Positions 33,679-44,393 of a DNA stretch of 64,000 nucleotides are shown here, piece after piece. How positions within the stretch are numbered: the stretch's first letter is position 1; every line of letters starts with the position of its first letter. Position numbers and translations under genes: made by a program. Under the pieces are notes generated by a model, which ran no database searches, was not told where the DNA came from, and saw nothing but the letters and a program-made list of their open reading frames with translations. Where the stretch lies: contig CANAZY010000002.1 of assembly GCA_947365805.1 (NCBI GenBank), forward strand, positions 597 through 64,596, written 5' to 3'. This DNA is from an uncultured Clostridium sp. (GTDB taxonomy: Bacteria; Bacillota; Clostridia; TANB77; CAG-508).

Positions 33679-35091
33679 TTATTTTGTATATTTTATCATT
33701 TTGGTAATTTTATCTAATTCGTAACGTTCTTTTGCTAGTGCGTGGTAGTATTCTTTTAATACTATTGAAGATAATTCTTCTAATGAAATATCTTCATCTA
33801 AAGAATTGACAATACAAGTATAACATGCATATTCCTTACGTGTATACGTATATTTTGTTTTATCCTCTACATCTGGTAATTTTCTAAAATCAATACTCTT
33901 GTAACCTGTAAGTCCACTTCCATTTCTTACATTATTAGCAAGTACTGGACAATTAATTCTATGATATGTATTAGTATTATCAACAAAATAAATTGAATTT
34001 GGATTAATGTATTGTTTATTTTGTGTACTTGTTACAATAGTATAATTGTTATAAATTTTCGTTCCTACTGGCATTCCTTCCATAAAGCTTATCATATTGA
34101 CATTGGTTAATATTTTCTCCCAATCATCTTCTGTTAAAATTGGCATTTTAAAATTCGAATGTGTTCCTAAGCTTGGAGAATGTTCGTTATATACTTTAAT
34201 CGCATTGTTTAGGTTTTCTTGAATCGATAATCTCATAATCGTTCTTTTATGTTGTACAAAATCAGATGCTCTATCTTCTGGATCATTGGTAGATGAAATT
34301 TTTAAAATTTCTCGATTATCATTTATAAATTCTGGATAAAACTCTCTATATGCTTTTCCATCACTTCTAATAGCATTATGAGGAGTTACAATACCAGAAA
34401 CCTTTGCTATGACCCAATTTGTAAAATCATATGCTTCTTGATAATATTTCTTTGCACTATCGTCTTGGTTCAATATAAGATTATCTCCACCTTTTAATCT
34501 GTATTCTACTACATTGCCATTATGAACTACCAATGCATTCCTATCAATTAAATAACCTGAATACGATTCATATTTGCCATTTACATATCCATAAATTGTT
34601 ACATAATTATCTAATGAATAATTTACCACAATATCACTATTTCCTGTTTTGTATCTTCCCGTATAATGAATATATGGTTTTAAAATATGTTCATATCCCG
34701 TTTTTTGTTCTCCGTTTACTTCGTAATTATATTCATGTGGTGAATAAATATAATAGCCATCATATAAAGTAAATACGAGTGCTGGTATGTATGGCATAAC
34801 CGAGTTTGAACTTGCTCCAGACATACCAAATTTGGTCGCAAGTGATGTTGAAAATGTATTGATTGCGGCTTTAATATCTCTTCTTACTGAGTCTGCATTA
34901 GTGGAATATTTATTACTAATGGTATTTAGCTCAAATGCAGCAATTGCATCATGTGTTGCGCCCATTAAGGCGGTATCATATTTTTGCATCTTTAAAACCG
35001 TATCCATCTGAATTCCAATATATGCAGATAAAATTAAGGTGACGGGTATTATAATTATTGAAAATATAACTGTCATGTTTTGTAATTTCAT
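33679..35091 (-). CDS. Large membrane-anchored protein of the Tad-like locus (possible minor pilin/adhesin)
   Basis: Single N-terminal TM helix; last gene of the co-oriented pilus-like operon. Confidence 0.55.
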   Translation of the reverse strand: MKLQNMTVIFSIIIIPVTLILSAYIGIQMDTVLKMQKYDTALMGATHDAIAAFELNTISNKYSTNADSVRRDIKAAINTFSTSLATKFGMSGASSNSVMPYIPALVFTLYDGYYIYSPHEYNYEVNGEQKTGYEHILKPYIHYTGRYKTGNSDIVVNYSLDNYVTIYGYVNGKYESYSGYLIDRNALVVHNGNVVEYRLKGGDNLILNQDDSAKKYYQEAYDFTNWVIAKVSGIVTPHNAIRSDGKAYREFYPEFINDNREILKISSTNDPEDRASDFVQHKRTIMRLSIQENLNNAIKVYNEHSPSLGTHSNFKMPILTEDDWEKILTNVNMISFMEGMPVGTKIYNNYTIVTSTQNKQYINPNSIYFVDNTNTYHRINCPVLANNVRNGSGLTGYKSIDFRKLPDVEDKTKYTYTRKEYACYTCIVNSLDEDISLEELSSIVLKEYYHALAKERYELDKITKMIKYTK

Positions 35092-35154
35092 ATCTTATCA
35101 CCCTCACCTTATCTTAAAATAACTTTATTTAATTATCAGTCCACTACAAATTTA

Positions 35155-35694
35155 CTATTTTTCGCTTCCGTTTGCCATAACAACTCCTGAATGGGAAGCA
35201 GATATTTTATATGTATCATTTCCACTAATACTATAAAAGAAGTTTTTTAACATTTGACCAATCGTTGTATTGGTATTTTTTACATTAACTGCTACAATGT
35301 CTCCTTCTTTTAATTTCATTGTTTTTGTTTTACTATTGTCTATTTTTTCTAAAATTTGTGAAGTATATTCTGAATAATAAAGATTCTCTCCTATTTTATC
35401 TCCACTTGTAATTGCTGTTTTCTTCCCTGGATTTTCATCCAATACTTTTACTTCAATTTCTACATCATAACTATTTCCTGTTGCTGCTAATGTTTGTACA
35501 TAAGAATCATAGTTTGTTTGTGTAATTTTTCCAGTTTGGCGAACATTGTCTACAAATTCTACAGTTGCTGTTTGTGCACTCATTTGTGCAATGTCATCAT
35601 TTCTTTCGGATATCGTCATAAGTGGAAACACAAACATTAATATAGCAGCTAAAAAAATTGCTACAATTGTAATTAATGTATCACCCATTTTCAT
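35155..35694 (-). CDS. TadE-like pseudopilin candidate
   Basis: MGDTLITIVAIFLAAILMFVFP N-terminal helix; operon context. Confidence 0.55.
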   Translation of the reverse strand: MKMGDTLITIVAIFLAAILMFVFPLMTISERNDDIAQMSAQTATVEFVDNVRQTGKITQTNYDSYVQTLAATGNSYDVEIEVKVLDENPGKKTAITSGDKIGENLYYSEYTSQILEKIDNSKTKTMKLKEGDIVAVNVKNTNTTIGQMLKNFFYSISGNDTYKISASHSGVVMANGSEK

Positions 35695-35703
35695 TCCTCC
35701 TTT

Positions 35704-36525
35704 TTATCTTTCTTGCATAATATAGATAATTTCTAATTTTTTATTGCCTCGTATTGTTTCGATTGAGTCATTTCCATCGGTTAGTGTTTCTCCACTTGTT
35801 GCAATTTCAATAAATTTTTCTTTAAATTCTCTGTCTTTATATTGCTTCAAGTTTTTTCCATAGTATGTTATTTGATAGGACCCATAATTTTTTACATAAT
35901 TTCCACCATTCAAATCCGCTTGAATTCTTTTAACAGTATCGGTATCTGGTTCTCCTACCCATGGTGCTACTATATTAACAGTACTTACATCTGTTTTTCC
36001 ATGATATAATAATCTGTTAGCATTATTAACAATCGTTTTATTGGTTCCAATATAATCCATAATATTAACATTGGTTCTCAATTCTTTGTTAACTACAGAT
36101 TGCACTTGTTGCAATCTTGTCTCTACATTTGAATATGCTTGTCTTGCTTCTTTCCCAATTTGTGTATTTTCTGGTTTATTTTGAATATTTTTAATTGTCT
36201 CATTCCAGTTTTGCATAAAACCTTCTGTATAAAGGTCATAACGTACAATTGGTGTACCATCTGTATCAAATATGGTTACAGCATATTGCTCTTTTGCGTA
36301 ACGATGTATGGTAGGAAGCATTGTTTCAAAGCTCACAATTCGGTCTACTCTTGTATTATAATCACCTTCGTCGGCATAATCATAAAATGCGGTTTTATCG
36401 GTTGCTTTAAAAACTGTATCTGATGTAATCCTTGCTTGCCCTACCACAGAAAAAGTTAGTGTTATGGCAATTGCAAATACTAATAAACCAAAAGCAATCT
36501 TAATTGCATCAGCTGCATTTTCCAT
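35704..36525 (-). CDS. MENA-type pilin-like protein
   Basis: MENAADAIKIAFGLLVFAIAI, shared N-terminus with three paralogs. Confidence 0.55.
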   Translation of the reverse strand: MENAADAIKIAFGLLVFAIAITLTFSVVGQARITSDTVFKATDKTAFYDYADEGDYNTRVDRIVSFETMLPTIHRYAKEQYAVTIFDTDGTPIVRYDLYTEGFMQNWNETIKNIQNKPENTQIGKEARQAYSNVETRLQQVQSVVNKELRTNVNIMDYIGTNKTIVNNANRLLYHGKTDVSTVNIVAPWVGEPDTDTVKRIQADLNGGNYVKNYGSYQITYYGKNLKQYKDREFKEKFIEIATSGETLTDGNDSIETIRGNKKLEIIYIMQER

Positions 36526-36540
36526 AACACTCTCCTCCTA

Positions 36541-36972
36541 TTATTTACTATTTCTTGTAATAACAGCTTTGTTTACTAAACCAGCATTTGAATACTCTAA
36601 TACTACTTTATAAGTTGCACCAGTATTAATGGTTGCTCTATAAGCTGACATTGCATTTGTTTGTAAATCCTCTGATGTAGCTTCAAACTTTTTATCTCCA
36701 TCAATTGAAACTAATTTTCCTTCTATTTCTTGGTTTGTACTATTATTTGAAATAATATTTGAAATCAATGCTTTTACATTATTTCCGGAAACTTTTTCTC
36801 CTTCATATTGGAATGGTTGGTTAAACATTTGCTTTTCTTGTTGGCTCATTTTTGCAATACCTTCTTCTACTCCTCCAATTGCTCCTTGGTATACCATCAT
36901 TCCTACACCAATTAATAAAATACAGATTAAAATTGCTCCTGCGATTAATAACGCTTTTGATGCATTCTCCAT
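36541..36972 (-). CDS. MENA-type pilin-like protein (candidate major pilin)
   Basis: MENASKALLIAGAILICILLIG, FNQPF, GNNVKALI. Confidence 0.6.
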   Translation of the reverse strand: MENASKALLIAGAILICILLIGVGMMVYQGAIGGVEEGIAKMSQQEKQMFNQPFQYEGEKVSGNNVKALISNIISNNSTNQEIEGKLVSIDGDKKFEATSEDLQTNAMSAYRATINTGATYKVVLEYSNAGLVNKAVITRNSK

Positions 36973-37049
36973 AATCTTTTCCTCCTTTGAATATCTTTAT
37001 TTTTATATAAACTTAGATTAATTTTTAATCTAAAAGTTAATAACGTTTC

Positions 37050-37490
37050 CTATTCTTCAATCTGTTCAAATACAACTTTTGCAACTCGTTTGGTTTGTTC
37101 GTGGTATTCTATACTAGTGCATTTAAACAAAATCAAATTGAAGTTTTTTACAAATCCTTCGGTTCCCACTTTTTGTATGGTCTCCATTTGATATGTTTTT
37201 AAGTCTTTTTCATTTTGTAGTTTAATTTCGATTTTAACGGAATTGGTTTCATTTTCAATAAAGAATCCTTTTTCGTCTTGTTTTACTTCGTTTTTTAAGT
37301 TTTCGTTTGTTGCTTTATTAATAAGACTTGCTACTTGTGTTCCAAAGACTTGTCCTTCTTTATATTTTTCGTATTCCGCATTTTCTTTTTGTATTACCAT
37401 TAAATTTTCTTTGTTTTGTGTAAGTGAAACACTTACAATTAGTATGATTGTTAAAAATAAAATGCCAAATACAATTACTGTTTTTTTCAT
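37050..37490 (-). CDS. Pilin-like protein of the same family (divergent N-terminus)
   Basis: TM helix, NAEYEKY...GTQVASLINKA...FKCTSIEYHEQTKRV shared with 38034-38573. Confidence 0.55.
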   Translation of the reverse strand: MKKTVIVFGILFLTIILIVSVSLTQNKENLMVIQKENAEYEKYKEGQVFGTQVASLINKATNENLKNEVKQDEKGFFIENETNSVKIEIKLQNEKDLKTYQMETIQKVGTEGFVKNFNLILFKCTSIEYHEQTKRVAKVVFEQIEE

Positions 37491-37543
37491 GAAAAAGCTT
37501 CCTTTCTCATTATACTATTTTTTCTTTATTTTTTCAACTTTTA

Positions 37544-38017
37544 TTATCGTTTTTTTAACACGATTTGATTGACTTTTCCTGTATCTTTATCATAGTTCAT
37601 TTGTGTACATGTAAAATATTGTATTTCACTTATTGCTCCCCCTTCAGAGGTTTTCGTTGAATATGTTTTAATAAATTCATACGCTGTTTCATCATCTAAC
37701 TTATGTGCGTTTTGGTATGATGCTGATACTCCTGTAATTTTTACTTGTATTTTTATCATGCCCATTTGCTCATTATACTGTTTTGCTGCATTTCCCATTG
37801 TTATAATATCTTGTGCTGTTATCTTATCTTTTTTTCCGTCTTGCTTATATGGTTCAAATTGTGCATTAAATTCACTTACCATTTTCGTCTGAATGTTTTT
37901 ATCTACCGTATCGGAAAATGTTCCCATTGCACGAAATGCAAATATCATAAGAGTTAACAAGATGACACCTAATAATACTTCTGCTGATATAATTAACGCT
38001 TTTGATGCATTTTCCAT
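37544..38017 (-). CDS. MENA-type pilin-like protein
   Basis: MENASKALIISAEVLLGVILL, FNAQFEPY, FTCTQMNYDKDTGKV. Confidence 0.6.
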   Translation of the reverse strand: MENASKALIISAEVLLGVILLTLMIFAFRAMGTFSDTVDKNIQTKMVSEFNAQFEPYKQDGKKDKITAQDIITMGNAAKQYNEQMGMIKIQVKITGVSASYQNAHKLDDETAYEFIKTYSTKTSEGGAISEIQYFTCTQMNYDKDTGKVNQIVLKKR

Positions 38018-38033
38018 CTCGTATTTCCTCCTT

Positions 38034-38573
38034 TTAATAGTCTATTTCATAATTGTTCATTTTTCTTTCTATAAATTTCATATAGTTTACTCTTCCTGTT
38101 GTTTTATGATATTTCACTTCTACACAATCAAATATTCTTCTTTTAAAATCGTTAAACGCATCTGTACTTTGCTTTATTTCATTTATTGAATTTTGATTAT
38201 AGGTTTGTCCAACTTTAAACGTAACATTATCTACTTTCTCATTTTTTCCAGTTGCATTGTCTTTTTTATAAACAAATCCTTCTTTCATTTCAAACTCTAC
38301 TGTCATCATATAATTTGGCTCTGTCTTTTCATATTTTTTATTATTATCTAATACTTTATTTACAACAGAAATCACTTCTGTTCCTCGTAATAGTTTCTTA
38401 TGATATGCTTCATATTGTTTATTAAAAACTTCTAACTGTTCTGCCTCTTGTTCTTTTTCATCTTCTGTAAAGTAGCTATTCATGCTGCCAAAACTATACA
38501 CAAGAAGTGCAATAATCAGTAAAGCAATTAAGATTCCACCTGCCATTAGTAACGCTTTTGATGCATTCTCCAT
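38034..38573 (-). CDS. MENA-type pilin-like protein
   Basis: MENASKALLMAGGILIALLII, FNKQYEAY, FDCVEVKYHKTTGRV. Confidence 0.6.
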   Translation of the reverse strand: MENASKALLMAGGILIALLIIALLVYSFGSMNSYFTEDEKEQEAEQLEVFNKQYEAYHKKLLRGTEVISVVNKVLDNNKKYEKTEPNYMMTVEFEMKEGFVYKKDNATGKNEKVDNVTFKVGQTYNQNSINEIKQSTDAFNDFKRRIFDCVEVKYHKTTGRVNYMKFIERKMNNYEIDY

Positions 38574-38590
38574 CCCTTTGTTCCTCCTTA

Positions 38591-40669
38591 CTACATTGTT
38601 TTCGACATAGTATCAAATGCAGATGTCATACTTAACATACCAATTACAACCAATGGAACAATTAAGTATCCTACAAATAAACATACCATCGGTGCAAATC
38701 CAATTACTTTTCCTATCATTCCTTTTCTAGAAATTAGTCTTTCATTTGATTCTTTTCTTTTTTCTTGGTAATATGCTCTTTCGGTATCTAGTTCATCAAA
38801 TGCATCTCGAATTGGAATTTTCTCTACTGCTGCTTGTAAGCTTTCGATAATACGAATTAATTGTGTATAAGATACATCATTTTTTAATTCCTCTAATGCT
38901 TCCCAAGCACCAGATTCATAGTTATTTACACATCTCGTAATTGGCTCTTTAAAAATATTGGCATATCTTTCTAACCATTCTAATATCATTTCTACATTAA
39001 CTCTCTCAATTTTCATTAACATCAGGATAATTGTTTGGAACTGCATTACTTCATCTTCCATATCCAGTTGTCTCATTTTTACTTGGAACATTAATACCCA
39101 AATTGGTGCCATATATCCAATAAATGCAAATACTAATGATAATAGCATTTCAAACCATTGGAAATATTCGCCGTTTACTACTTTTAATTTTACTAAAATA
39201 GCTTCTGCTTCTGTTTCAATTTCTTTATCGGTTGCCTCTTCATAATAAGGTGAATGTCTCATTGCATTTTCTATTTGCTTTTGTGTGGTATCGGTTTTTC
39301 CTTTAAAATGATTTAAGAAATAGTTGTGTTTTTCAGTTGTTTTCATTGCCTTTTTCTCATCAATTTCAGACATTTGTCCTAAAATATTATAATCTGTTGT
39401 TGGTTGTTCATATATGTACTGAACTGAAATTCTATGTAACTGATAAAACATAAATACTGATACTACACATGTTGATATTGCCAATATAATACGATTTACA
39501 TATAACCATTCGATTTTTGTTTTTGATGCAGCATCCTTTAAAAGTCCTGTTATCTTTCTATGGTCTTTTGTTCCTTGTTTTGGCATTAGTAAATCAACTA
39601 ACTTTTTAAATAATCTATTTTTGTATAATTTTGCTTGCCATGGATTTTCTGTGTTTTTCATATTGGCATTAGTAGACGAATTGTCTTTTACTTTTCGAAT
39701 TAAGATATAACAAATAAATGTTAATATTAAAATTAGAGTTTGAACAATTAGTCCACCTTTTCCATCATAAAATTGGCTTGTAAAACTAAATTGTGATACT
39801 GCCCAATTTTTTACAGGTTCAATAAATAACATTGGTACTGCTGAGATAACAGATAAGCTTTGAAATACATAGTCTAGTTTGTCTCTTTTTAAAATTTCAA
39901 TCTGCATTTCTTGTGTAATATTATTTAAGTTCTTTAAATATAATGATGCTCCATTTTGGTCTTTTCTATCTCCAAATTCTCTTGTTAAATAAGAGATTCC
40001 TGCAAATTCTTTTAAGTAACTATTTGGTGCAATATCATAATATTTTTCAAGTTCTGCTTCTGGGTCATCTGATATTAATACTTCATATATCTTTTCTGCC
40101 TGGCGAGAAACCTCTACTTCATCATCTTGTGATACTTGGTAAATAGCTTCTTCTACCATGTTGCACTCATGATAAGCATGTCTAATTTCTGCAAAAAAAT
40201 CAATCTGTTGTTTTAATAACTTGTTATCAATTTTATCAACCATACCATCAATTAAGGTTTCTATCATAAAGATTTCAAAGATTAATAAAATTGACATTAA
40301 TAATGTATTTTGCTTTGCAAAAGCAATAATTACCATTGTTAATGGAAAAATGATTAACAGTGCATTCGTTAAGATTTTAGCGCTTTGGCGTCTAGTTAAA
40401 TACTCATCTTCAATATTGATAATCTCAAGTCTTCTTCTTAACTTAATTAAATATCGTTTAATTCCTGGTATTTTAATATACACCATGTATAATTTTTGAT
40501 AAATAATATCAGCAGAAAACCCTTTTGTCTCAACACCTGCTTTTAAGGCTATTGCTTGTTTTACATCGCTACGATTCATTCTCTTCATTAGAATAATGTA
40601 AGCAATAATAACAATAACAAACAATCCTGCTATTCCTAATAGTCCATATAACATAAACTCATTTGACAT
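38591..40669 (-). CDS. Fused TadB/TadC-like inner-membrane platform protein
   Basis: Two repeated TM-cytoplasmic-TM modules, directly downstream of the CpaF-like ATPase. Confidence 0.6.
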   Translation of the reverse strand: MSNEFMLYGLLGIAGLFVIVIIAYIILMKRMNRSDVKQAIALKAGVETKGFSADIIYQKLYMVYIKIPGIKRYLIKLRRRLEIINIEDEYLTRRQSAKILTNALLIIFPLTMVIIAFAKQNTLLMSILLIFEIFMIETLIDGMVDKIDNKLLKQQIDFFAEIRHAYHECNMVEEAIYQVSQDDEVEVSRQAEKIYEVLISDDPEAELEKYYDIAPNSYLKEFAGISYLTREFGDRKDQNGASLYLKNLNNITQEMQIEILKRDKLDYVFQSLSVISAVPMLFIEPVKNWAVSQFSFTSQFYDGKGGLIVQTLILILTFICYILIRKVKDNSSTNANMKNTENPWQAKLYKNRLFKKLVDLLMPKQGTKDHRKITGLLKDAASKTKIEWLYVNRIILAISTCVVSVFMFYQLHRISVQYIYEQPTTDYNILGQMSEIDEKKAMKTTEKHNYFLNHFKGKTDTTQKQIENAMRHSPYYEEATDKEIETEAEAILVKLKVVNGEYFQWFEMLLSLVFAFIGYMAPIWVLMFQVKMRQLDMEDEVMQFQTIILMLMKIERVNVEMILEWLERYANIFKEPITRCVNNYESGAWEALEELKNDVSYTQLIRIIESLQAAVEKIPIRDAFDELDTERAYYQEKRKESNERLISRKGMIGKVIGFAPMVCLFVGYLIVPLVVIGMLSMTSAFDTMSKTM

Positions 40670-40862
40670 TTTAACGTTTGCACCTCCTTTCAAAATTCGA
40701 AGAATTTTGTACTCTTCACTCTTCACTTTTAACTATTCGCTTTTTGTTATTAATTCTATAGCCTTAAGTGTTCTTTGTGATTTTTTATTTGTCGGGGCGA
40801 TGTGGGCGTCGCCCCCTAATTTCTCCATTCGAGCAAGCACAGTACCTGCCCCCCTATATTTT

Positions 40863-42803
40863 TTAAACAGTTTGTTTTGGTTTTCTACCTCTTTTAGTTG
40901 GAGCTTTTCCTTGTGCTGCACTCACTGTTACTCCCCAATTCTCTTCTACGAATTTATCGAATGCTTCCATATCTGTTTCATCCATATTTGCTCTCATTTC
41001 TTTAATATTTTGATCTGAGATTTTATTGGTTAACACATATTCATCATCAATATATTCCATAATATTTACATATTTATATAATTGTCTATCCGTTACTTTT
41101 GTAAAGTAATGAGTTGCATTATCAAAAAATTTATCCATTTTTCCTTCTAATGTTTTTTCTTTTCTATGGTCAAAATTGTATTCATTTTTATCTTCTAATG
41201 GAATACATTCTGTTACTCTTTCAATGTATCTTCTTCCTCTAAAGTCTTTTACTAAGTGAATATCAAAGTTTAATACTTGAACTACTTGCTCTTCTGCTGT
41301 TCTTTCATCATTAAATACACCAGTTCTTAACATAGAGTTTCTTAATGCTGTTACTAAGTTAGGGAATGTTTTTGCGTGGTGAGTAAATAAGGTGAATTTA
41401 GATGCAACTTGGGCTGCTTGTATCATCCAAGATGCTACGGGGTCTGTTGCAACCTCACCAATGATGTTAACAGAACCGTCAGTTTTCTTTTGAACGTCCA
41501 AACCTTCTTGTCCAGAAATGGTTTCGGTTTCTCTAAAAGTTAAGATGTTTCTAGTTGGGTAAATTTTCCTTAAGTGTAACTCGAATGCCGTTTCTTGAAC
41601 CCTTATGTTCATTGTTTCATAAATATTTTCAATCATACCCATAAGCATGGTTGTTTTACCACAACCTTGCTCGCCAGTAAGTGATATAATTCTTGCCCCT
41701 TTTACTAAGAATTTTAGTAGGTCAATTGCTTTATCTTTTCCTGGGAAAACAATTAGTTGTTCTAGTGTCGCACGTTTTACGTCGAATTTTCTTACGAAAA
41801 ATGCCCATGTTTCTGAGAAAGATGGTCTTACTACAACAACACGAGAACCGTCTTTCATTTCATTAATTTTATAACCGTTAGTATCAGATAATTGTCCTGG
41901 GTTATTATATTTATAAATATTTTGACATACTCTTTTTAATTCGCTTTCTGTTCCAAAAGAAAGGAACGCTAAACGAATCGATTTACCTTGGAAGAAAATC
42001 CAAATACTATCACATGCACGTGGTACTTTATTTTCTAATACTTGGTCTAAATAATCTCCATCAGTTTGTGCTACTTGTGAAAGAAAAGACTCTGGAAGTC
42101 CAGATACACCGCCTGATACTCCATCAATATTCATGTCTCTTACTTCATCAATCGTACTATATCCTTTGTAATGTTGATAAATTCTTTGCACAACAACATT
42201 TAGTTTATCTGCAAAAGATATTACTAATTGTTCTTTTTCGAAAATATCACTAATTTCATCTCCTGTTATCACATAAGATGGTTTTGTTTCTCCTGATATG
42301 TATTTTAAAACAGCTAAGTTGTATTTTTTAATTAGTTGTGTTAAGGCTTCATAGCCAAATTCTTTTTTATACATATAAATTAGAATGTCAAATTTATCTT
42401 GGTCTGTTAATAAAGATGGTATATCAAACGGAATAGCTTTTGATATATTGGTTTCATCCACTCCATATTCTTTTAATAATAAGTCATAGATTAATTCTTT
42501 TACATATTTTTTGTCGTTTACATCTCCATAGGTACATCCTTTTAATGCTTTTTTTAGTTCATATTTCTTCTTTTTTCTTCTTTTTAATTCTTCTTCTGAA
42601 AGACCTATATCATATAAATTTATCTTTGTAATTTCATCTAGTCTTCTTTTAACAAATTCTGTCATTTTCTCTAAGGTATATGTCTTGTCATCTAATTCTA
42701 TTTCTTGTTCTACTTTTTGCTCTTTCTTTTTTGTAATTGAACGCATAAGAATCATAACGAATCCTAATAGTACAACAACAATTAAGATAAAATTGATTAG
42801 CAT
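40863..42803 (-). CDS. CpaF/TadA-like pilus assembly ATPase with N-terminal extension
   Basis: Walker A GEQGCGKTT, IIGEV Walker B, FTHH His box. Confidence 0.8.
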   Translation of the reverse strand: MLINFILIVVVLLGFVMILMRSITKKKEQKVEQEIELDDKTYTLEKMTEFVKRRLDEITKINLYDIGLSEEELKRRKKKKYELKKALKGCTYGDVNDKKYVKELIYDLLLKEYGVDETNISKAIPFDIPSLLTDQDKFDILIYMYKKEFGYEALTQLIKKYNLAVLKYISGETKPSYVITGDEISDIFEKEQLVISFADKLNVVVQRIYQHYKGYSTIDEVRDMNIDGVSGGVSGLPESFLSQVAQTDGDYLDQVLENKVPRACDSIWIFFQGKSIRLAFLSFGTESELKRVCQNIYKYNNPGQLSDTNGYKINEMKDGSRVVVVRPSFSETWAFFVRKFDVKRATLEQLIVFPGKDKAIDLLKFLVKGARIISLTGEQGCGKTTMLMGMIENIYETMNIRVQETAFELHLRKIYPTRNILTFRETETISGQEGLDVQKKTDGSVNIIGEVATDPVASWMIQAAQVASKFTLFTHHAKTFPNLVTALRNSMLRTGVFNDERTAEEQVVQVLNFDIHLVKDFRGRRYIERVTECIPLEDKNEYNFDHRKEKTLEGKMDKFFDNATHYFTKVTDRQLYKYVNIMEYIDDEYVLTNKISDQNIKEMRANMDETDMEAFDKFVEENWGVTVSAAQGKAPTKRGRKPKQTV

Positions 42804-42823
42804 AAAGGTCCTCCTCCTTTGTT

Positions 42824-43675
42824 TTACATCCTCATTTGTAATTCTTGCATTTTGTATATTAATTTTTCTACTGCTTCTTTTGTAGCTTTTACAAACCTTG
42901 CATTTCGGTCTACTTCATCTACTTTTCGAATTTTTAAAAATAAATCAGCAACACTTTCTTCACTTGATGCTTCAAAATATAATGTATTATATGGAATTGA
43001 TAAAATATTTTCTTTAATTCCTGTATATCTTGAAATGTTTTTAATGCTATATTTTGAATGACTATCAAATCTTCCTATATTTAAGATTAAATTATTTGGC
43101 TTATATGCTTTTTTTGTACGAATTAATTCATTAAAATCATTAATCATTTCAATTTTCTGTTCTACATTAACAACAATAACATCTGATATTTTCAAAATTT
43201 GTTTTATCATATCATCTTCTAAGCCTTTGTCTAAGTCAACAAACACCATATCGTAAAATTTACTAGCATTATAAATAATATCTCTGTACTTATCTTTTAT
43301 TTTTAAATATTCTTCTTTTGTTGGTCTATCACTTACTTCTTTATAGCCGTATAATACTTCCAAACGGTTTTTATAAACAACATGTGTATAGTTTTGAATC
43401 GTATCTGGCGTCATTCTACTGCTATATGCCATTTTTGCTAGTCCTTCAATTCCATTATCAACTGTCATACCAGGATTTTGCATTAATTTTTTTAACAGTG
43501 TTTTGTTTTTATCCATTGCACCAAAACATAACTCTAATGTGTTGTCATTGTATTTTGTTGATATCATCAAAATTTTATATTCATGTTCAATTGCCATACT
43601 TGTTGCAATTGCTGCAAGGGACATTGTTTGCCCTGTTTGTCTTTTAGTGTTGCTCCAAAATGTTATAATTGGCAT
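42824..43675 (-). CDS. Degenerate ParA/MinD-like (CpaE/TadZ-like) protein
   Basis: ITFWS...QTGQT degenerate P-loop, YDMVFVDL, SDVIVV. Confidence 0.6.
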   Translation of the reverse strand: MPIITFWSNTKRQTGQTMSLAAIATSMAIEHEYKILMISTKYNDNTLELCFGAMDKNKTLLKKLMQNPGMTVDNGIEGLAKMAYSSRMTPDTIQNYTHVVYKNRLEVLYGYKEVSDRPTKEEYLKIKDKYRDIIYNASKFYDMVFVDLDKGLEDDMIKQILKISDVIVVNVEQKIEMINDFNELIRTKKAYKPNNLILNIGRFDSHSKYSIKNISRYTGIKENILSIPYNTLYFEASSEESVADLFLKIRKVDEVDRNARFVKATKEAVEKLIYKMQELQMRM

Positions 43676-43678
43676 ATT

Positions 43679-44380
43679 TTACACTTCCTTTTCTAAAATT
43701 TTAAATGCTTTTTTTACTTCAGGTTCTTTATCTTCTCCTAAAATATCAAGTGCAATATAGTATAAACTATCTTTAAACTGTGCACTTAATTTTCGAATTC
43801 CTATTTTAGATACTCGTTGGTTTTCAAAAATAACACTTTGATCTCCGTTATCAAAAGGAATATATACTCGATAGTCTTCATTCCATATAGCCTTACTTCC
43901 CAATGATACATAGTTCAAATAATCATCTTCTTCTTTTAAAATATTCTTTGAATATAAAATCTTTGTCAATTTAACTGGTTCTTTAAAATTATTAATAATC
44001 TCAACACCTTTTTTTAATGAATATAAATCAAAAGATGTTACAAAATAATTTTTCTTACTATGAGCCACATCAAATATTTCAAAATTTTCATTACTATCCA
44101 CATCAATTAAACAATAATCATATTCTAGTTCTTTTCCTTCTAGAATTCCTAGAAATTTTTTTATTTCTTCAAAATTACTAAATCCTACTGAAACATCAAT
44201 TCCTTCAAACTCTGTTACATAGGCTTTGGTAGGATTTATAACAGGTACAATATATTTTGCTTTTTGTGTGATTGTATTATCAATTACCATGACTTGTTTT
44301 CCTACTGTTGTAAGCACTTTTGCCACATATATAATCAAATCGGTTTTATCATAACTTCCTATAAATCCTATTGTTTCCAT
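43679..44380 (-). CDS. Degenerate ParA-like protein of the Tad-like locus
   Basis: IGFIGSYDKTD, KQVMVID, YDYCLID. Confidence 0.55.
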   Translation of the reverse strand: METIGFIGSYDKTDLIIYVAKVLTTVGKQVMVIDNTITQKAKYIVPVINPTKAYVTEFEGIDVSVGFSNFEEIKKFLGILEGKELEYDYCLIDVDSNENFEIFDVAHSKKNYFVTSFDLYSLKKGVEIINNFKEPVKLTKILYSKNILKEEDDYLNYVSLGSKAIWNEDYRVYIPFDNGDQSVIFENQRVSKIGIRKLSAQFKDSLYYIALDILGEDKEPEVKKAFKILEKEV

Positions 44381-44393
44381 ATCTTCTCCTTTT

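Noticed and set aside
40707-41018. ORFs 40707-41018(+) and 40733-40921(-)
   Set aside because: They overlap the ATPase end and REP-like repeats; no coding evidence
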